64,000 bases of DNA from Octopus vulgaris (lineage: Eukaryota), in NCBI GenBank assembly GCA_951406725.2, contig OX597815.1:40176001-40240000 (forward strand), read 5' to 3'. The notes beneath the pieces were generated by a model that made no database searches, had not been told where the DNA came from, and saw only the letters and a program-made list of their open reading frames with translations. The translations under genes and the position numbers were made by a program. This document shows positions 1 to 14,361 of this stretch, piece by piece. Position 1 is the first letter of the stretch. Each line of letters begins with the position of its first letter.

Positions 1-167
1 GTAATTATAAGTAGATTTATGCATTTTCGTTTTCATCAGTGGACAAATTTATGCCTTGTCATTTTCATCAGTGATTTTTTTTCTGCATGTATGTACATTT
101 TTACTTAAATATTGTAACTTCTTTCAAGCATCGTCTTGCCTATCACTTTTTAACTTCGTATGAATTA

Positions 168-242
<75 letters not shown>

Positions 243-1135
243 GCTTTTCAATATTAATATGTATATCTATAAATCTCTTTGGTCTTTTTTCTACTAATCC
301 ACATGTTACGTTATATTATACTATACACACGTAGCACTATTTACTATACTTTGTCTCGACCAATTACCATTTTTTAAACACAACCGGTAGATTTTTGTTC
401 TTATTTTTATGTTATAGTTCACCGCACATATAGACGTGCATACAGATTGATATGTCTGGCTTTCTTTCTCTTTCGCTTCTCTTACTATTATTATTACCGT
501 TATTTTTTCCCTTTTACAACTTGCTTGTAAATATCCGATGTTTTCCCTCTTACCCATTTGTATTCTCCCTTACTGTATCTTATTTTAATTTAATTTATAT
601 TATTTTTTGATGTCCTTACAAAAATTACTCACACTGATGAAAATGGCAATGCATAAATCTAATTATAATTACTATGGTTATAATCTTTTTCTTACATGTT
701 TGTATTGTCCTTTGAAATGCGCGTAAGTATTGAATCCTGTTTTGTATTAAATCTAATTTTGATTCAACATCTTTTTCTCCTCCATTTTTCTATAATTGTT
801 TCTGGTATATTTATACCTATAACGATATTTTCAACTACTATTTTCATATTTTTGTTAGTTGCTCTGGGTGGGTTTTTTTATGAATATGATGAATCTTTAT
901 TAGAAATTATTCTTTCTCTCTTTTTTGGACATTTCAAAAACGTTGAATTGTTCTCATCTGAACTTAATTTCCCCATATATACATATATATATATATATAT
1001 ATAAACATATTCAGTCTTTGGTATTAATAGATATGTGGGTATTCTGTTTGAGATTATGCAAAAAATAACATAACGAGTATATTGGAAGGTGAATTCTTAT
1101 TAATTTCTATTGTGTATTTTGTATATTTCTAGAGA

Positions 1136-2737
1136 GTCCTAGCAAGCCCACTGCAGTTCCTCTTTCAGAGCTTCCTTGCAGCTGGCAAACTTCAAAGAAA
1201 ACTGAAGGAAGGTAAAATATGCCCTATTCATAAAGGAGGTAGCAGAGCGGAGGCCAAGAACTACAGGCCTATCTCTCTGATCTCACACATCAGCAAGGTC
1301 ATGGAACGAATAGTCAGAAGGAAACTGATCACCTTCCTTGAAGAAAATGACTTGCTGCCTGACACCCAACATGGTTTCCGACCAGGAAGAAGCTGCTTAA
1401 CTCAGCTCCTACAACGCTATGACTGGGTGCTGAAACGACTGCTCAACCACTCAAATGTGGAAGTAATATATCTCGACTTTGCAAAGGCCTTTGATAAAGT
1501 CGATCATGGAACGATATGTCACAAACTGCGTGATCTTAGCATAGTTGGAAAACTGGGAGAATGGCTTCATGACTTTCTGAAAGATAGAAGTCAGGTGGTA
1601 GTAGCCAATGGGGCCACTTCCATTAACACGCAAATAGTGAGCGGTGTTCCGCAGGGCACTGTTTTGGGACCACTACTGTTCATAATGGCCCTCTCAGACA
1701 TGCCCTCAGCCACGCAGAGAGCTACGATCACAAGTTATGCAGATGATACAAAAGTTTCACAGGCAATACAGAACCCTGAGGACACTAAACGCCTGCAATG
1801 TGAGCTGGACAAAATATACAAGTGGGCTGAAAAGAATAGCATGCAGTTCAATGCTGAAAAGTTTCAAGCTTTATACTATCAGCATGCAAAACTAAATGCA
1901 ATACCCAATGAATACACTGGACCCGGAGGAATTGCAATCCCAGAGGCACAATCAGTGCGTGACCTGGGTATTTACATGAGTGATGACGCAACCTTTCGTG
2001 TACATGTTGCTAAATTGGCAATGAAATGTAGACGACTGGCCGGATGGATTCTCAGAACCTTTAGAACAAGAGAACAAGAAACCATGATGGTCCTCTGGAG
2101 GACACTTGTCCTAAGCCACTTTGACTATTGCTCACAGCTATGGTCACCATCCAGTGTCAAGTTGATCACAGAACTTGAGGCGATCCAACGTAGCTACACG
2201 AAGAAGATAGCCTCTGTGCAGAATATAAGCTACTGGGAAAGACTCAAGAGATTAAAATTCTATTCCTTGGAGCGTAGGCGAGAAAGATATGCCATAATAT
2301 ACATCTGGAAGATCCTGGGGGGGACTTGTCCCAAACTTTGGCATCGAGAGTTACACAAATGCCAGAACTGGGCGCCACTGCGTGGTGCCTAGGACTCCAA
2401 ATTTGCCATCAAGATGTAGGACAAGATACTGTGATAGCCTGGGCTTCCGAGGCCCACAGCTCTTCAATATCCTCCCGAAGAACCTAAGAGACCTGCATGG
2501 GGTGGATGCAGATGTCTTTAAAATGAAACTGGATCTTTTCTTGTCAGGTATCCCAGATGAACCAACTTCACGGCAGGAGGTGCAGATGAGGGCAGCTGCA
2601 TCGAACTCTCTCATGCACCAAATGGCAGTTGCTAAAAAGCATTCGTGAAGTAAAATCATGTAGCAACACCTAATGGCGGTGCCCCAGCATGGCCACAGCT
2701 CGTGAGCTGAAACTAGAATCAATCAATCAATCAATCA
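1136..2737 (+). mobile_element. 5'-truncated CR1-group LINE (RT ORF2 remnant) with (AATC)n tail
   Basis: ORF 1301-2392 has QHGFRPGRSC, YLDFAKAFDKV, SGVPQGTVLGPLLF and YADD. A frameshift near the G-run at about 2317-2324 precedes the C-terminus, which stops at 2648. Tail is aatcaatcaatc. Confidence 0.92.
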
Positions 2738-2959
2738 TATGTATATATATACATATATATACATATACATATATACATATACATATATACATATATACAT
2801 ATACATATATGTATATATATATATAGATATATACATATATATACGTATATATATACATACAAATACGTATATATATATATATATATACATACATATATAA
2901 ACATATATATACATATATATACCTATATGTATATATACCTATATATATACATTTGTTGC

Positions 2960-3200
2960 GCCCTTTTCAAGCCTAACCAGGCTCATGGGCCCGGTTTCCC
3001 GGTTTCTGTGGCCAGTCCAACGCGACGTAACTCAAGAAACAGGAAGAATGAGTGAGAGAAAGTTGGGGCGAACGAGTGCAACAGGGGTCGCCAACACCCC
3101 CTGCCGGAACCTTGTGGAGCTTTAGGTGTTTCACTCAATAAACACACACAACGTCCGGTCTGGAAATCGAAACTGCGATTCCACTGGGCCATTGCGCCTC
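2960..3200 (-). mobile_element. tRNA-derived SINE (related to 22442-22740)
   Basis: tRNA-like head ggcgcaatggcccagtgg and a body shared with the 22.5 kb copy (ggaaaccgggaaaccgg...atgagcc). Confidence 0.65.
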
Positions 3201-3209
3201 CACACACAG

Positions 3210-3275
<66 letters not shown>

Positions 3276-3840
3276 ACATATACATATATATACACATATA
3301 TACATATATATGTATATATACATATATACATATATATGTATATATATATACATATATATACATATGTACATATATATATATACATATATACATATATATA
3401 CATATATATATATATACATATATACATATGTACATATATATATACATATATACATATATACATATATATACATATATATATATACATATATATACATAAT
3501 TACGTATATATACATATATAAATGTATATACATATATACATATAAACGTATATATACATATACATACAAACATATACCTGTATACATATACATACATATA
3601 TACATATATATACACACATATATATATACACACATATATATATACATATATATATATATACACATATATACATAGATAAAAATATATACATATATATACA
3701 TACATACAAATATACATACAGATATATGCATACATATATATAATTCTTTATTGTTTTATTCTTTACTTTTCTCTGACTGCATCGGTTGTCAAGCGATGGT
3801 GGGAGGACAAAAATACGCACACAAACATGCACACGCATAC

Positions 3841-3905
<65 letters not shown>
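3200..3905. repeat. Compound (TA)n/(TACA)n microsatellite
   Basis: Seen directly; source of the YI/IY pseudo-ORFs. Confidence 0.95.
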
Positions 3906-3908
<3 letters not shown>

Positions 3909-4067
3909 TAGAGATAAAACCACTATTAGGCAAATCAAACAGTGAAAAATAATGGTGGTTTTATCTCTAATTTAATATAATATAATATAATATATTTATA
4001 CTACAAAATTGGATTTAATCCTAAATCTCATTTTTCCCTGTAAGTTTGGATTTATTCCCTAATATTA

Positions 4068-4119
<52 letters not shown>

Positions 4120-4246
4120 TTGTTCTGTTCTATATTATTATGTTTGACATTAATGTTCATATGTAGTGGTTTAATAAATTATGTGATTGGGTATTATCTG
4201 GTAGTTGATTATTGATTAAGATATATTTCTCCATTTTCTTATTTTG

Positions 4247-4302
<56 letters not shown>

Positions 4303-4595
4303 GAAATGAGGTACTCAGAAAATCGGATGGTTTTATATTTACAGATATTTATTTGCATATTACATTTTTTATACATCATATATCAAATATCATATATCAG
4401 CGCTTTCGTCCATTCTAGTGGATTCTTCAAATTGAACTAAGTTCTTGCAGGAATTTTCACTCTTTTTATAGTGTTATTGGGTGTGTAGCGGTGGGGAGAA
4501 ATATAGGATAGTACAAGAGGGTGATGAATGGGGAGAAAGTGAGAGAGAGCATGTGTGTGTGTGTGTGTGTGTGTGCGTGTGTGTGTGTGCGTGTG

Positions 4596-4628
<33 letters not shown>

Positions 4629-4720
4629 GTGTATGTGTGTGTCTGTGTTTTTGTATCTGAATGAAGTGTTAAAGAAAAAGAAGGAAAGGAAGAAAAGGGA
4701 GAGAAAGAAGAAAAAAGTTC

Positions 4721-5023
4721 GACTTATTCTTTGTAAGCTTAGTATTTATCCTATCGTTCTCTTTTGCGGAACCGCTAAGTTACGGGTACATAAACACACC
4801 AACATCGGCTATCAAGTGATGGTGGGAGAACAAACACAGCCAGACAAACATATACATACACGACGGGCTTCTTTCAGTTTCCGTCTACCAAATCTACTCA
4901 CAAGGCTTTGGTCAGCCCAAGACTATAGAAGAAAAAATTTGTCGAAGGTGCCACGCAGTGGGACTGAACCCAGAACCATGTGGTTGGGAAACAATCTTCT
5001 TACCACACAGCCATGCCTGCACC
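4721..5023 (-). mobile_element. tRNA-derived SINE copy (family A)
   Basis: Matches the 24007-24430 family (gtttccgtctaccaaat, gggactgaaccc). Confidence 0.8.
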
Positions 5024-5384
5024 TGAATATGTATATATAAATCATAAAAGTCAGACAGCATGAGAGGTGAATATATTTAACCATTTGACATCCTTAGGGT
5101 TACGGCCGTTTCGCAGCGTTCTTCATATAGTAATGATTTCAATGTGGAAGAAATTATGCTTATATGTTTGTATTAGTATGCATGCTCGGAATTATACAAT
5201 ATATTTGTATATTCACAAATAAATGCAGATAAAGAAAGCTAGCTCATGAGATCACCAGAACATCATAGTCATATCAATGATTCAACTCTAGAACTGACTG
5301 TTAGCCGAATCTGTATGAGGAGCTTTTTGTGATAGCCACATGATTCTCTGAGTCCCTATTTTATACTATAAATTTATATACATA

Positions 5385-5780
<396 letters not shown>

Positions 5781-6626
5781 TATACTATATATTCTATATT
5801 CTACATTAATATTATAAAGAATATAAATAAAACATAAAAAACAGACAGACTTGGAATTACTTCGAATAATATATATCCCTCTATACACAATCATACAAAC
5901 CCCTTTATATATATATATATTTATATATAGACACTCTCTCGCCATAAGAAATGTAGTAAGCCATTGAATTGGCCTGTCGTAAGCTTGTGGGAGAAACTTG
6001 AGACCAACGATAATATTGTTTAACAATAAAATATATAATAATTAAAAAGTTAATCTTACGTTGGCTAACATCATAACATCAAACGTTTTATACTGAATTG
6101 AGTTGGTTTTCTAATTCCAGTTAATTACGACGCTCATTCACAGTTTCCGCTTATACAATAGAATGAAAGAAAGTAAATAAGGCAGCTTAACAACTTAGGT
6201 GATGGGAAGAACTCTGCAAATCAAACAGACTTTGATTAAGGAAAATAGTAATGATACTGAAATATAAATATGTGTGTTATGCTTGTATATATGTTTGTAT
6301 ATATCAGAAATAGCTTCATTAAAAACACGATGATGTACCGGTTTTATCTTTTTTATAATAGGTTTTTCATATTTCCGTTGCATTGATTAGCAGTTACTTT
6401 GAAGTAATAAAGTTCCTATGTCTATAATCGACATTCCCAGACTTCTGTGATCTCACTGAAATCCTAGTACAGTTGGATTAGCTGTGGTAGTAAGTAAATG
6501 AGTCGTTCTTTTCACAAACTAGAATTCCATGAAATAAATATACAAGAGCAGAAAATCACATCGGAGCCGGGTACAGGCGGGAGAAGAGAACTCTGTACAC
6601 CATGAAAATAAATTGCCACAAAAATA

Positions 6627-8190
6627 CAAAGCAATCACGGTTCTCAACCATAATTTGTTCTGAAAGTCTGTTCTAGAAAGTTGTTCGAGAACCAAATCGT
6701 TTTTTCTCATTACAATGCCGGCGGGAAATAACATCACTAGGTGAGACAAGCTGACACTGAATTAGCTTCGCTGACTGACAGGTGACAGTCGTTTAGAGAT
6801 TGCGTGGGCTAAGACTACGCGCCTTCATTAGTCAGTTGAGACAGTGTCACATGACAACTTGCTGGGGTTGCCTGCTGGAGCCTAGCAGCAGGTATTTAAA
6901 GGGAAAAAATTTGAAAAGTAAGTCAGTCGCCGTCTGACACTCGTTGACGCTACACCGAAGAGGCCAGGGAACAGAAGAAAGAAGACATGCGCCCAACACC
7001 AGAGCTGAAGGCACCTCCGAAAGAGGAGGGGCGCCACGTCAAAACGGTAGAGGAGTAGGGGCCGAAACCGGACGTGGTTCCTCCTGATGATGTCTTGAGC
7101 TAACTGGATCCTATAAAGGAGCTGTTGTGGTAGCAGACCACGAAACACGGTTGTAATTCCACAATGTAAAAGAGATTAATTCGTTTCCAAGCACCAGATG
7201 AATACTTATTTACATGTTTACACTATATATTTTAGTATAAAAACGTTTATTCAAACTGTAAATAACACACAAAAGTGTGTTATTTTTTAGAAGGGGAGCC
7301 CACCTTCCATAAAAACTTCCATCTTTCATTGGCTTGTGCCTTGGCAATGCTTTTTACTCCTTGGTAATATAGGTCCTATTTGGCATTCATTTCCAAAATA
7401 ATCCTGTTCCATCCCCGTTAAACACCTGTTGGGGGAGATAACCTCCTTCCTTTATCAAGTCACTAAACTCAATCACAAATTTCTCAGTCGCTTCTTTGTT
7501 TGAACTCGCTGCCTCTCCATGCCTAATTACACTGTGTTATTTCACTTCTCTTAAATTTCTTGAACCAGCCTCTACTAGCTTTGTATTCAAAAGTATCACT
7601 TTCAGTACTTGTACCAGAGGTTTTCTTTACTAGATCATTGTAACTTTTTAATGCTTTCTCACAAATAGATACTTCACTGATACTGTCACCAGCTAACTGT
7701 TTCTCATTTATAAAAATAAGCAATAACTTTTCCACTTCTTCGAGTGGTCTTTGTTTATTAATAACAGTCACTCCTTTTACAACATCAGCTGCTTTTACCA
7801 CTTCCTTATTTTTCAGAATAGTAGATATTGCTGATTTAGGCATACAGTATTGCACGGCGAGATCTGACACACAAACGTCATTTTCGTGTTTTGCGATGAT
7901 TTCTTTCTCCATTTCAACTGTTTTTATCTCAACTTTTCTTTTTCCTTTATCAGTATTATTGCTAGCTTTCTTTAGAGCCATGACTAAGGACTGATGAAGA
8001 GAAAATAAGGCACAGTACAATAAAATTGGAAAAGAAAACGAATAATGATTCCGTTCGGGTTAACTCGGTTTGGCAATGTTGTTCGAGAACCAAAATTTTG
8101 TTCGATAACCAAGGCATTTTCATCTCGAATTGTCAATTCGAAAACCAATTTGTTCGTCATGTGAGACGTTCGAGAACCGAGGTTGCTCTG
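6627..8190 (-). mobile_element. Tigger/pogo DNA transposon relic (CENP-B-type HTH transposase fragment)
   Basis: ORF 7523-8020 (KEIIAKHE...STILKNKE...EKQLAGD...ASRGWF) continues frameshifted to QVFNGDGTGLFWK. TIRs CAGAGCAACCTCGGTTCTCG and CAAAGCAATCACGGTTCTCA are each flanked by TA. Confidence 0.88.
6716..7160. mobile_element. About 445-bp GC-rich insertion inside the Tigger (solo-LTR-like)
   Basis: Flanked by a direct repeat acaa(tg) at 6712 and 7161. Begins TG and has TATTTAAA near 6893, but the 3' end is not a clean CA. Confidence 0.4.
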
Positions 8191-8954
8191 TATTTAAAAC
8201 AAAATCTGGACTCAGTATCATCTGAAGGCCCGTGACAGAAATGTCACAAATATCATATGTTTGCAATGAAAATGTGATTATGCTCGGCATCGAGTTGATT
8301 ACCACCATCATATACACACACACACAACTGCACAAATTGAACGAATAAGACTGTGACACAGGGAGGAGACAAACAAACAAATAATACATGGAGTCAGACA
8401 GGCAAAACATGTGAAAGAAAAAATTAGAAATATGAAATAAAACAACAATATAAGAATGTGTACTGTGAAAATATATTTGCCAATGAAAGAAGTTAAAAGA
8501 AATCTAACGTCTCAAATTGTACCCTTTATCAAAGTGAAGGAAAAAGAATGAGAGAAATGAGCGAAATAGAGAAAAGAAAACGATACAAAATTTACGACAT
8601 TTGTTTAATTAACAAGCCTAGTACAAAAGGAATTTTGGGAGTGGAATAATGAGACCAGAAAATGAGATACAATGTGCGACACTGAGAGTAAGTGAAGACA
8701 GGAGAAAGAGGTTTAGAAAGATAGAATGAAAGAAGGAGAGAACGACAAATGATAAGAGTAAGCAAAGGAAAGAAAATGAGAGGAATGTGGAGGCCAAAAT
8801 ATCGATGTGTGTGTGAGTGCATATGTGCATTCACGCACGTAGTGAAGTATAGATAAATGTCCAATGTTTTCATTTATATAGATGTTAAGTAACATCTAGT
8901 ATGTGAAAAAGGATTATAAGGTTTGTGCATTCTTGTAGTATAAATATATACATG

Positions 8955-8991
<37 letters not shown>

Positions 8992-9086
8992 TCATCCATC
9001 CATCCATCCATCCATCCACCCACCCACCCACCCATCCATCCATCCATACATCCATACATCCATCCATCCATACATACATACATACA

Positions 9087-9915
9087 TGATGATGATGGCC
9101 GTCCACTCGTGACTGAGGAAGACCATTGCTGACCTTTATGAACATTGTGCGCTCTAGGACTAACTATTTTGCATTTGCAGCTCCGTTGGTGGCTAATGAG
9201 TCCTCTCTTGGTAAGCATACACGACTGCAAACATTGCAAGCCAAGCTTTCCCCATTCACTACACTAGCAGTGCGTTTTCGAGCAGCACGCTTAAAATTCT
9301 TCATGTAGCATACGTGCTCTCTCAAAGCTGTCGACCCTCTCCTTAACCTGCTTCCTCCATCTGTGGCGACGGCAGGTATTGCTCTTCCAGTCAGTCTCCT
9401 GCATATCACAGGCCTTTAATGAGGAACTGAGTCAGTCCTTAAATCGCAGCCTTGGTTTCTGTCTGGAACTCTTTCCACTAACAAGTTCTCCAAGAATGTC
9501 ATCCTGATTGACACCTTTCTCTACAGGAATGGGTCCCGTCATGCCACCACCAATATTGATCCAAGCCTCCATCCCATCATGAAATGATTTAATTATAGAT
9601 ACAAAGTGATCCGGACATCCAAGTCTGCCAAGTATTTTCCATAGCAAGGCCCAATTCACAGTATCAAAGGCCTTGGTTAAGTCAATGAATACGTGGACAA
9701 GATCCATATTCTTCTCATAGCACTTCTCCTGCATCTGTTTTGCTGTGAAAATCATATCCATTGTCTTTCTACCAGATCGGAAGCCACATTGAGATTCAGG
9801 TAGGACAGCATTTACGAGACACACATTCAGGTGGGTAAGAATATTTTCCAGAACCTTGCCACCAGCTGATAGTAGAGCAATACCTCCGTAGCTACCACAT
9901 ATTATTCTATAACCT
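9087..9915 (-). mobile_element. RTE (BovB-like) LINE fragment, internally deleted
   Basis: LPESQCGFRSGR, FIDLTKAFDTVN and IIKSFHDGM; C-terminal [17 protein letters not shown]; short (CAT)n tail. Confidence 0.85.
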
Positions 9916-10179
9916 CCCCGGCCTCCGGGTGAGCTGTGCCCTCTCCAAATAGAGCTGCTCAGACACCCATGCAGCAACCGAATCCTATCGCTTTCTTGGA
10001 CGACAAGGAGACGACTTTATATCTAGTATGGACTGCCTACATGTAGGTCGCCGACTACATGCTTCCAACTCGTCAGGTCTGCATGCTTCGCTACCTTCCC
10101 ATCGCCACATGGCTTCCGAATAAAAATAAAATAAATATATACTGAGAATAATGATACATATATACTGAAAATAAAATCG

Positions 10180-10810
10180 GCCCAGTGCATCCATGCTGCC
10201 AACAAAGCACGCGGAATTCTGTTCTTGATTCGACGGTCATTCGGAATGCTCACAGCAGCCATATTCCTACCACTCTATGTCACGCTGGTGAGACCCATAT
10301 TGGAGTACGGGATTCAAGCCTCTTCTCCTTATCTCCTCAAAGACATACAGTATCTCGAAAGGGTCCAGAAGCTGGCTACCCGCATGGTTTATGGTCTCAA
10401 AAATTTGTCCTATGAAGAAAGGCTGAGGACGCTCGACCTTTATTCTCTAGAAAAACGACGCCGCCGTGGTGATCTCATTCTCGCCCACATCATAAGCGGA
10501 AAGTGTAACCTCTCGAAAGAGCTGTTCTTCACTCCTGCTCCAGAGCGTTGGCTGCGGGGTCATTCCGAAAAGCTCTACCTGCGACGATTTCATCTCAATC
10601 GAAGGAGAGGAGCTTTCTTCGTCTGGGTTGCGGATCCATGGAACAAGCTGCCAGACGAGATGGTGAAGATGCCGACGACCACTTTGTTCAAAGCCTCCCT
10701 TGACCTCAAGTGGCCTGAACTCTTTACATGAACACCACCCTGTACTTAACTCCATTGCCCCCTACATGGCCTTGCTATTTGCTTTTGAGCCAAATTAACT
10801 AACTAACTAA
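10180..10810 (+). mobile_element. CR1-type LINE 3' fragment with (AACT)n tail
   Basis: LYVTLVRPILEYG...LERVQKLATRMV...SLEKRRRRGDLI...LRGH...WNKLP; tail taactaactaactaa. Confidence 0.88.
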
Positions 10811-11721
10811 ATATATATATATAGGGAAAAAAAGCAGCACATATCGAGCAGATGTCAGCAATGCCTGTGCAGAGTTTTAGGTCCAATAAGGCTTGTACGA
10901 CACCTCATAGACCTTCTCTACTCTATTGACATTATCCAGAGACAAGCCAGAGCGAGATGTCTGGTGCCAATATGAGTCGGAGGCTCAGGGATGTGGGAGC
11001 GCCATGATCTCTAACACAACCCAAGATCCCCAAAATGTCCAGTACCATTCCCTGCATATCTGATTTTATATCAGCGTGACCTTCTCCTAGAGATATGCTT
11101 CAAGAGAAGCTAAGGGGTGCTTCCCTCCCAGTGACCTTCTAGCATGCCAGACACCATCCCAGAATTTCTGCATACTTGTGCTATTGCTTGATAGCTGTTA
11201 AGCCTGCACTAGGTTCATCAACCTTTCAACAGATCTTGTTTTTAATCCTGCTGGGTTTCTAGCAACCCTCCTTGCCAGGACAGTCTGGTGGAGATGCCGG
11301 TTTAGTCGCCGACAATCCGACCATGCAACAGGTTGTACTGGATTCCATGTTACCAGTAGCACTTGTGAGAGCCCCATAAGTGACTTGATGTACATACATA
11401 CATACATACATACATACATACAAGCGTACGTAAATGTAGGATGTTATGTGCACAACAAATAAAGAAAAATTGAAATGGAATACGGAAAGGATAAACAGAA
11501 AGGCCATAGGACAAATAAACAAAAATCCTCTCCTCAACCATTGAGACTAAAGAAATCCTAACCTTTATTGTCTGGTTACTTGGGAGAAGCTCATAATACA
11601 GAATTCCTTTTCAGTCCCACTAGACACAAAGCAAGACTTATTTAAGGCAAAGACCCGCCTTTGGGGTGGCTAAGGGTGGCTCATGTCGCTTACTCCAGGA
11701 TTGCTTTCTCTGAACACTTCG

Positions 11722-12373
11722 GTAGATATTCCATTTCTCATCACCTGTCACAATTGGCTTTAAAAAAGGCGCATTTTCTTTCCGTTTCTAAAGCGAATCA
11801 CATGTGGAAATGCGATCCAAAAGGGTCTTCTCACTCAACTCATGTGGTACCCAAACATCGTAGTTATTTGTGTACCCAGGCTTTACCAGGGGCTCATGAA
11901 CGACGGATTTTGATAGGTTGAGGCTTTCTGCTGATTCTCGGGTTGTGCAATGTGGGTTATTTCCAATTAGTGACTTGATTTGGTCATCATCTGTAGTGGA
12001 TGGTCTGCCTGATCGCTCTTTATCAATAAGGCTACAATCTCCAGCTTGAAACCTTGCGAACCATTTCCGAACAGTTCTTTCGGATAAAGAAACATCACCG
12101 TAAACTGCGCATATATCTTTGGTTGCTTGTGAGGCATTTTTCACTTTACGGAAAAAGAAAAGCATCAAGTACCAAAAGTGAACTTTATCTTCCATTTTAA
12201 AGGGTTACAGAATTAACACAGGTTATAGGAACATAAACCTTCTTCCACGAAATGATAGCTTAAGCTGTGCTCTAAATGGCGGTGTAGTCAAATCCTATTT
12301 TATGAACTCAACCATGTTCTAAAATAAGACGAAATGTAAGCTACAATAAATCGGCACGAACTTCCCGCACAAC

Positions 12374-12377
<4 letters not shown>
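11722..12377 (-). mobile_element. Mariner transposon, 5' half (pseudogenised)
   Basis: ORF 11788-12195 has an HTH, RSGRP and WVPHEL. After a stop it continues FLKPIVTGDEKW. The 5' TIR TTGGGTTGTGCGGGAAGTTCGTG sits in (TA)n. Confidence 0.92.
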
Positions 12378-12407
<30 letters not shown>

Positions 12408-12537
12408 TAGGTGAATGAATTATCCTAGTATGGACAATTCGGTTAACCGATACCCGGGTAGCAAATTCACGTAAGAAAACACATATGTCGAGAATAAAGA
12501 AATTTTGTTAAAATCGTCGTTCGACTCCATTCTTTCA

Positions 12538-12588
<51 letters not shown>

Positions 12589-12700
12589 ACACATATAAAG
12601 TTAATCCAAACATGAAAACACAAAGAGAAAATACAACATCGCGAGGACGTGGAACAAATATAGTATTATTGGACGCTCAGGAAGGAAAGAAAGAAGGGGG

Positions 12701-12735
12701 GTTTAACGTTTCGAGCGGAGCTCTTCGTCAGAAAC
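12701..12735 (-). ncRNA. Minimal type I hammerhead ribozyme motif (Penelope-like remnant)
   Basis: Minus strand reads GUUU-CUGACGA-A-GAGC(UCC)GCUC-GAAAC-GUU-AAAC: complete core, stems I and II, and a palindromic stem III. Confidence 0.65.
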
Positions 12736-12799
12736 ATAGGAAAAGGAAAGATACAAAGAAGGGAAGACAGAGGAAAAAAATCGCCAACAGTACACACGC

Positions 12800-12801
12800 G
12801 G

Positions 12802-12861
<60 letters not shown>

Positions 12862-13287
12862 CATATATACACACATGTACACATATATACACATATATAC
12901 ATATATATATACACATATATACACACACATATATATATGCACACATATATACATATACATATATATATATACACACATATATATATATACATATATATAC
13001 ACATATATATACATACACATATATATACATATATATACATACACATATATATACATATATATACATACACATATATATACATATATATATATACATACAC
13101 ATATATATACATATATATATACATACACATGTATATACATATATATATACACACAAATATATACATACACATATATATACACATATATATATATACATAT
13201 ATATATACACATATATATATATACATATATACATATATATGTACATACGTATATACATATATATGTACATACATATATACATACACG

Positions 13288-13318
<31 letters not shown>

Positions 13319-13682
13319 ATATACATATATATACACATGAATATACATATATGTAAACATATATATATATAATATATATACATATATACATCCAACCCAT
13401 GTTAGCATGGAAAGCGGATGTTAAACGATGATGATGATGATATACATATAAATATACATATATACATATAAACATATATATATATATATATATACATATA
13501 TAGATAAATACATATAAATATACATATATAGATATATACATATAAATATACATATATAAATATACAAATATAGATATATACATATATATACATATAAATA
13601 TATAGATATACATATATACATATAAACGTGTATGTATATATATATCCACACACACGTTTATATGTATCTATGTATATATCTA

Positions 13683-13727
<45 letters not shown>

Positions 13728-13888
13728 ATTTATATGTATATCATCATCATCGTTTAACATCCGCTTTCCATGCTAGCATGGGTTGGATGTATATATATGT
13801 ATACTAATACATCTGTTTGTTTTCTACACCACCTGTCTTCATCTTTTGTTTTTTTTCATGAATTTTCTCTCTCTCTCTCTCTCTCTCT

Positions 13889-13919
<31 letters not shown>

Positions 13920-13923
13920 ATAT

Positions 13924-13957
<34 letters not shown>

Positions 13958-14025
13958 CTATATATATATATATATATATATATACATACATACATGCATA
14001 TATACATATATATATATATATAAAA
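12800..14025. repeat. Long compound (TA)/(CA) microsatellite with small retroposon-tail inserts
   Basis: Seen directly. Confidence 0.95.
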
Positions 14026-14361
14026 AATACAAAATAGGACAAGAACACAAATCATCCAGATAGACGATACAAAAAACACGGACGGGTCATTCGATGCCTT
14101 TAATCTTCAGTCAAGAACCGGATCATCCTCGCAATTTTGGCTGATTAATCTTAAGATTGCTCCAATCGGGCCAGCCCCAAGGAAAAACTAAACTAAGAGC
14201 ATTAGATTCCTTGGAAAAAGGATCGAATGTATACGAAACATGGAAAGAAAAACGGACGATGTTACACGAATATAAATACAAAAATAATACAAAAAAACAA
14301 TAATAATAATAACAGGACATATATATATATACATACATATACACATATATACACACATATA

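Noticed and set aside
2983-3850. Long YI/IY/VC/HT-rich ORFs (also 12612-14079 and 58301-59143)
   Set aside because: Translations of (TA)n/(CA)n/(GATA)n microsatellites.
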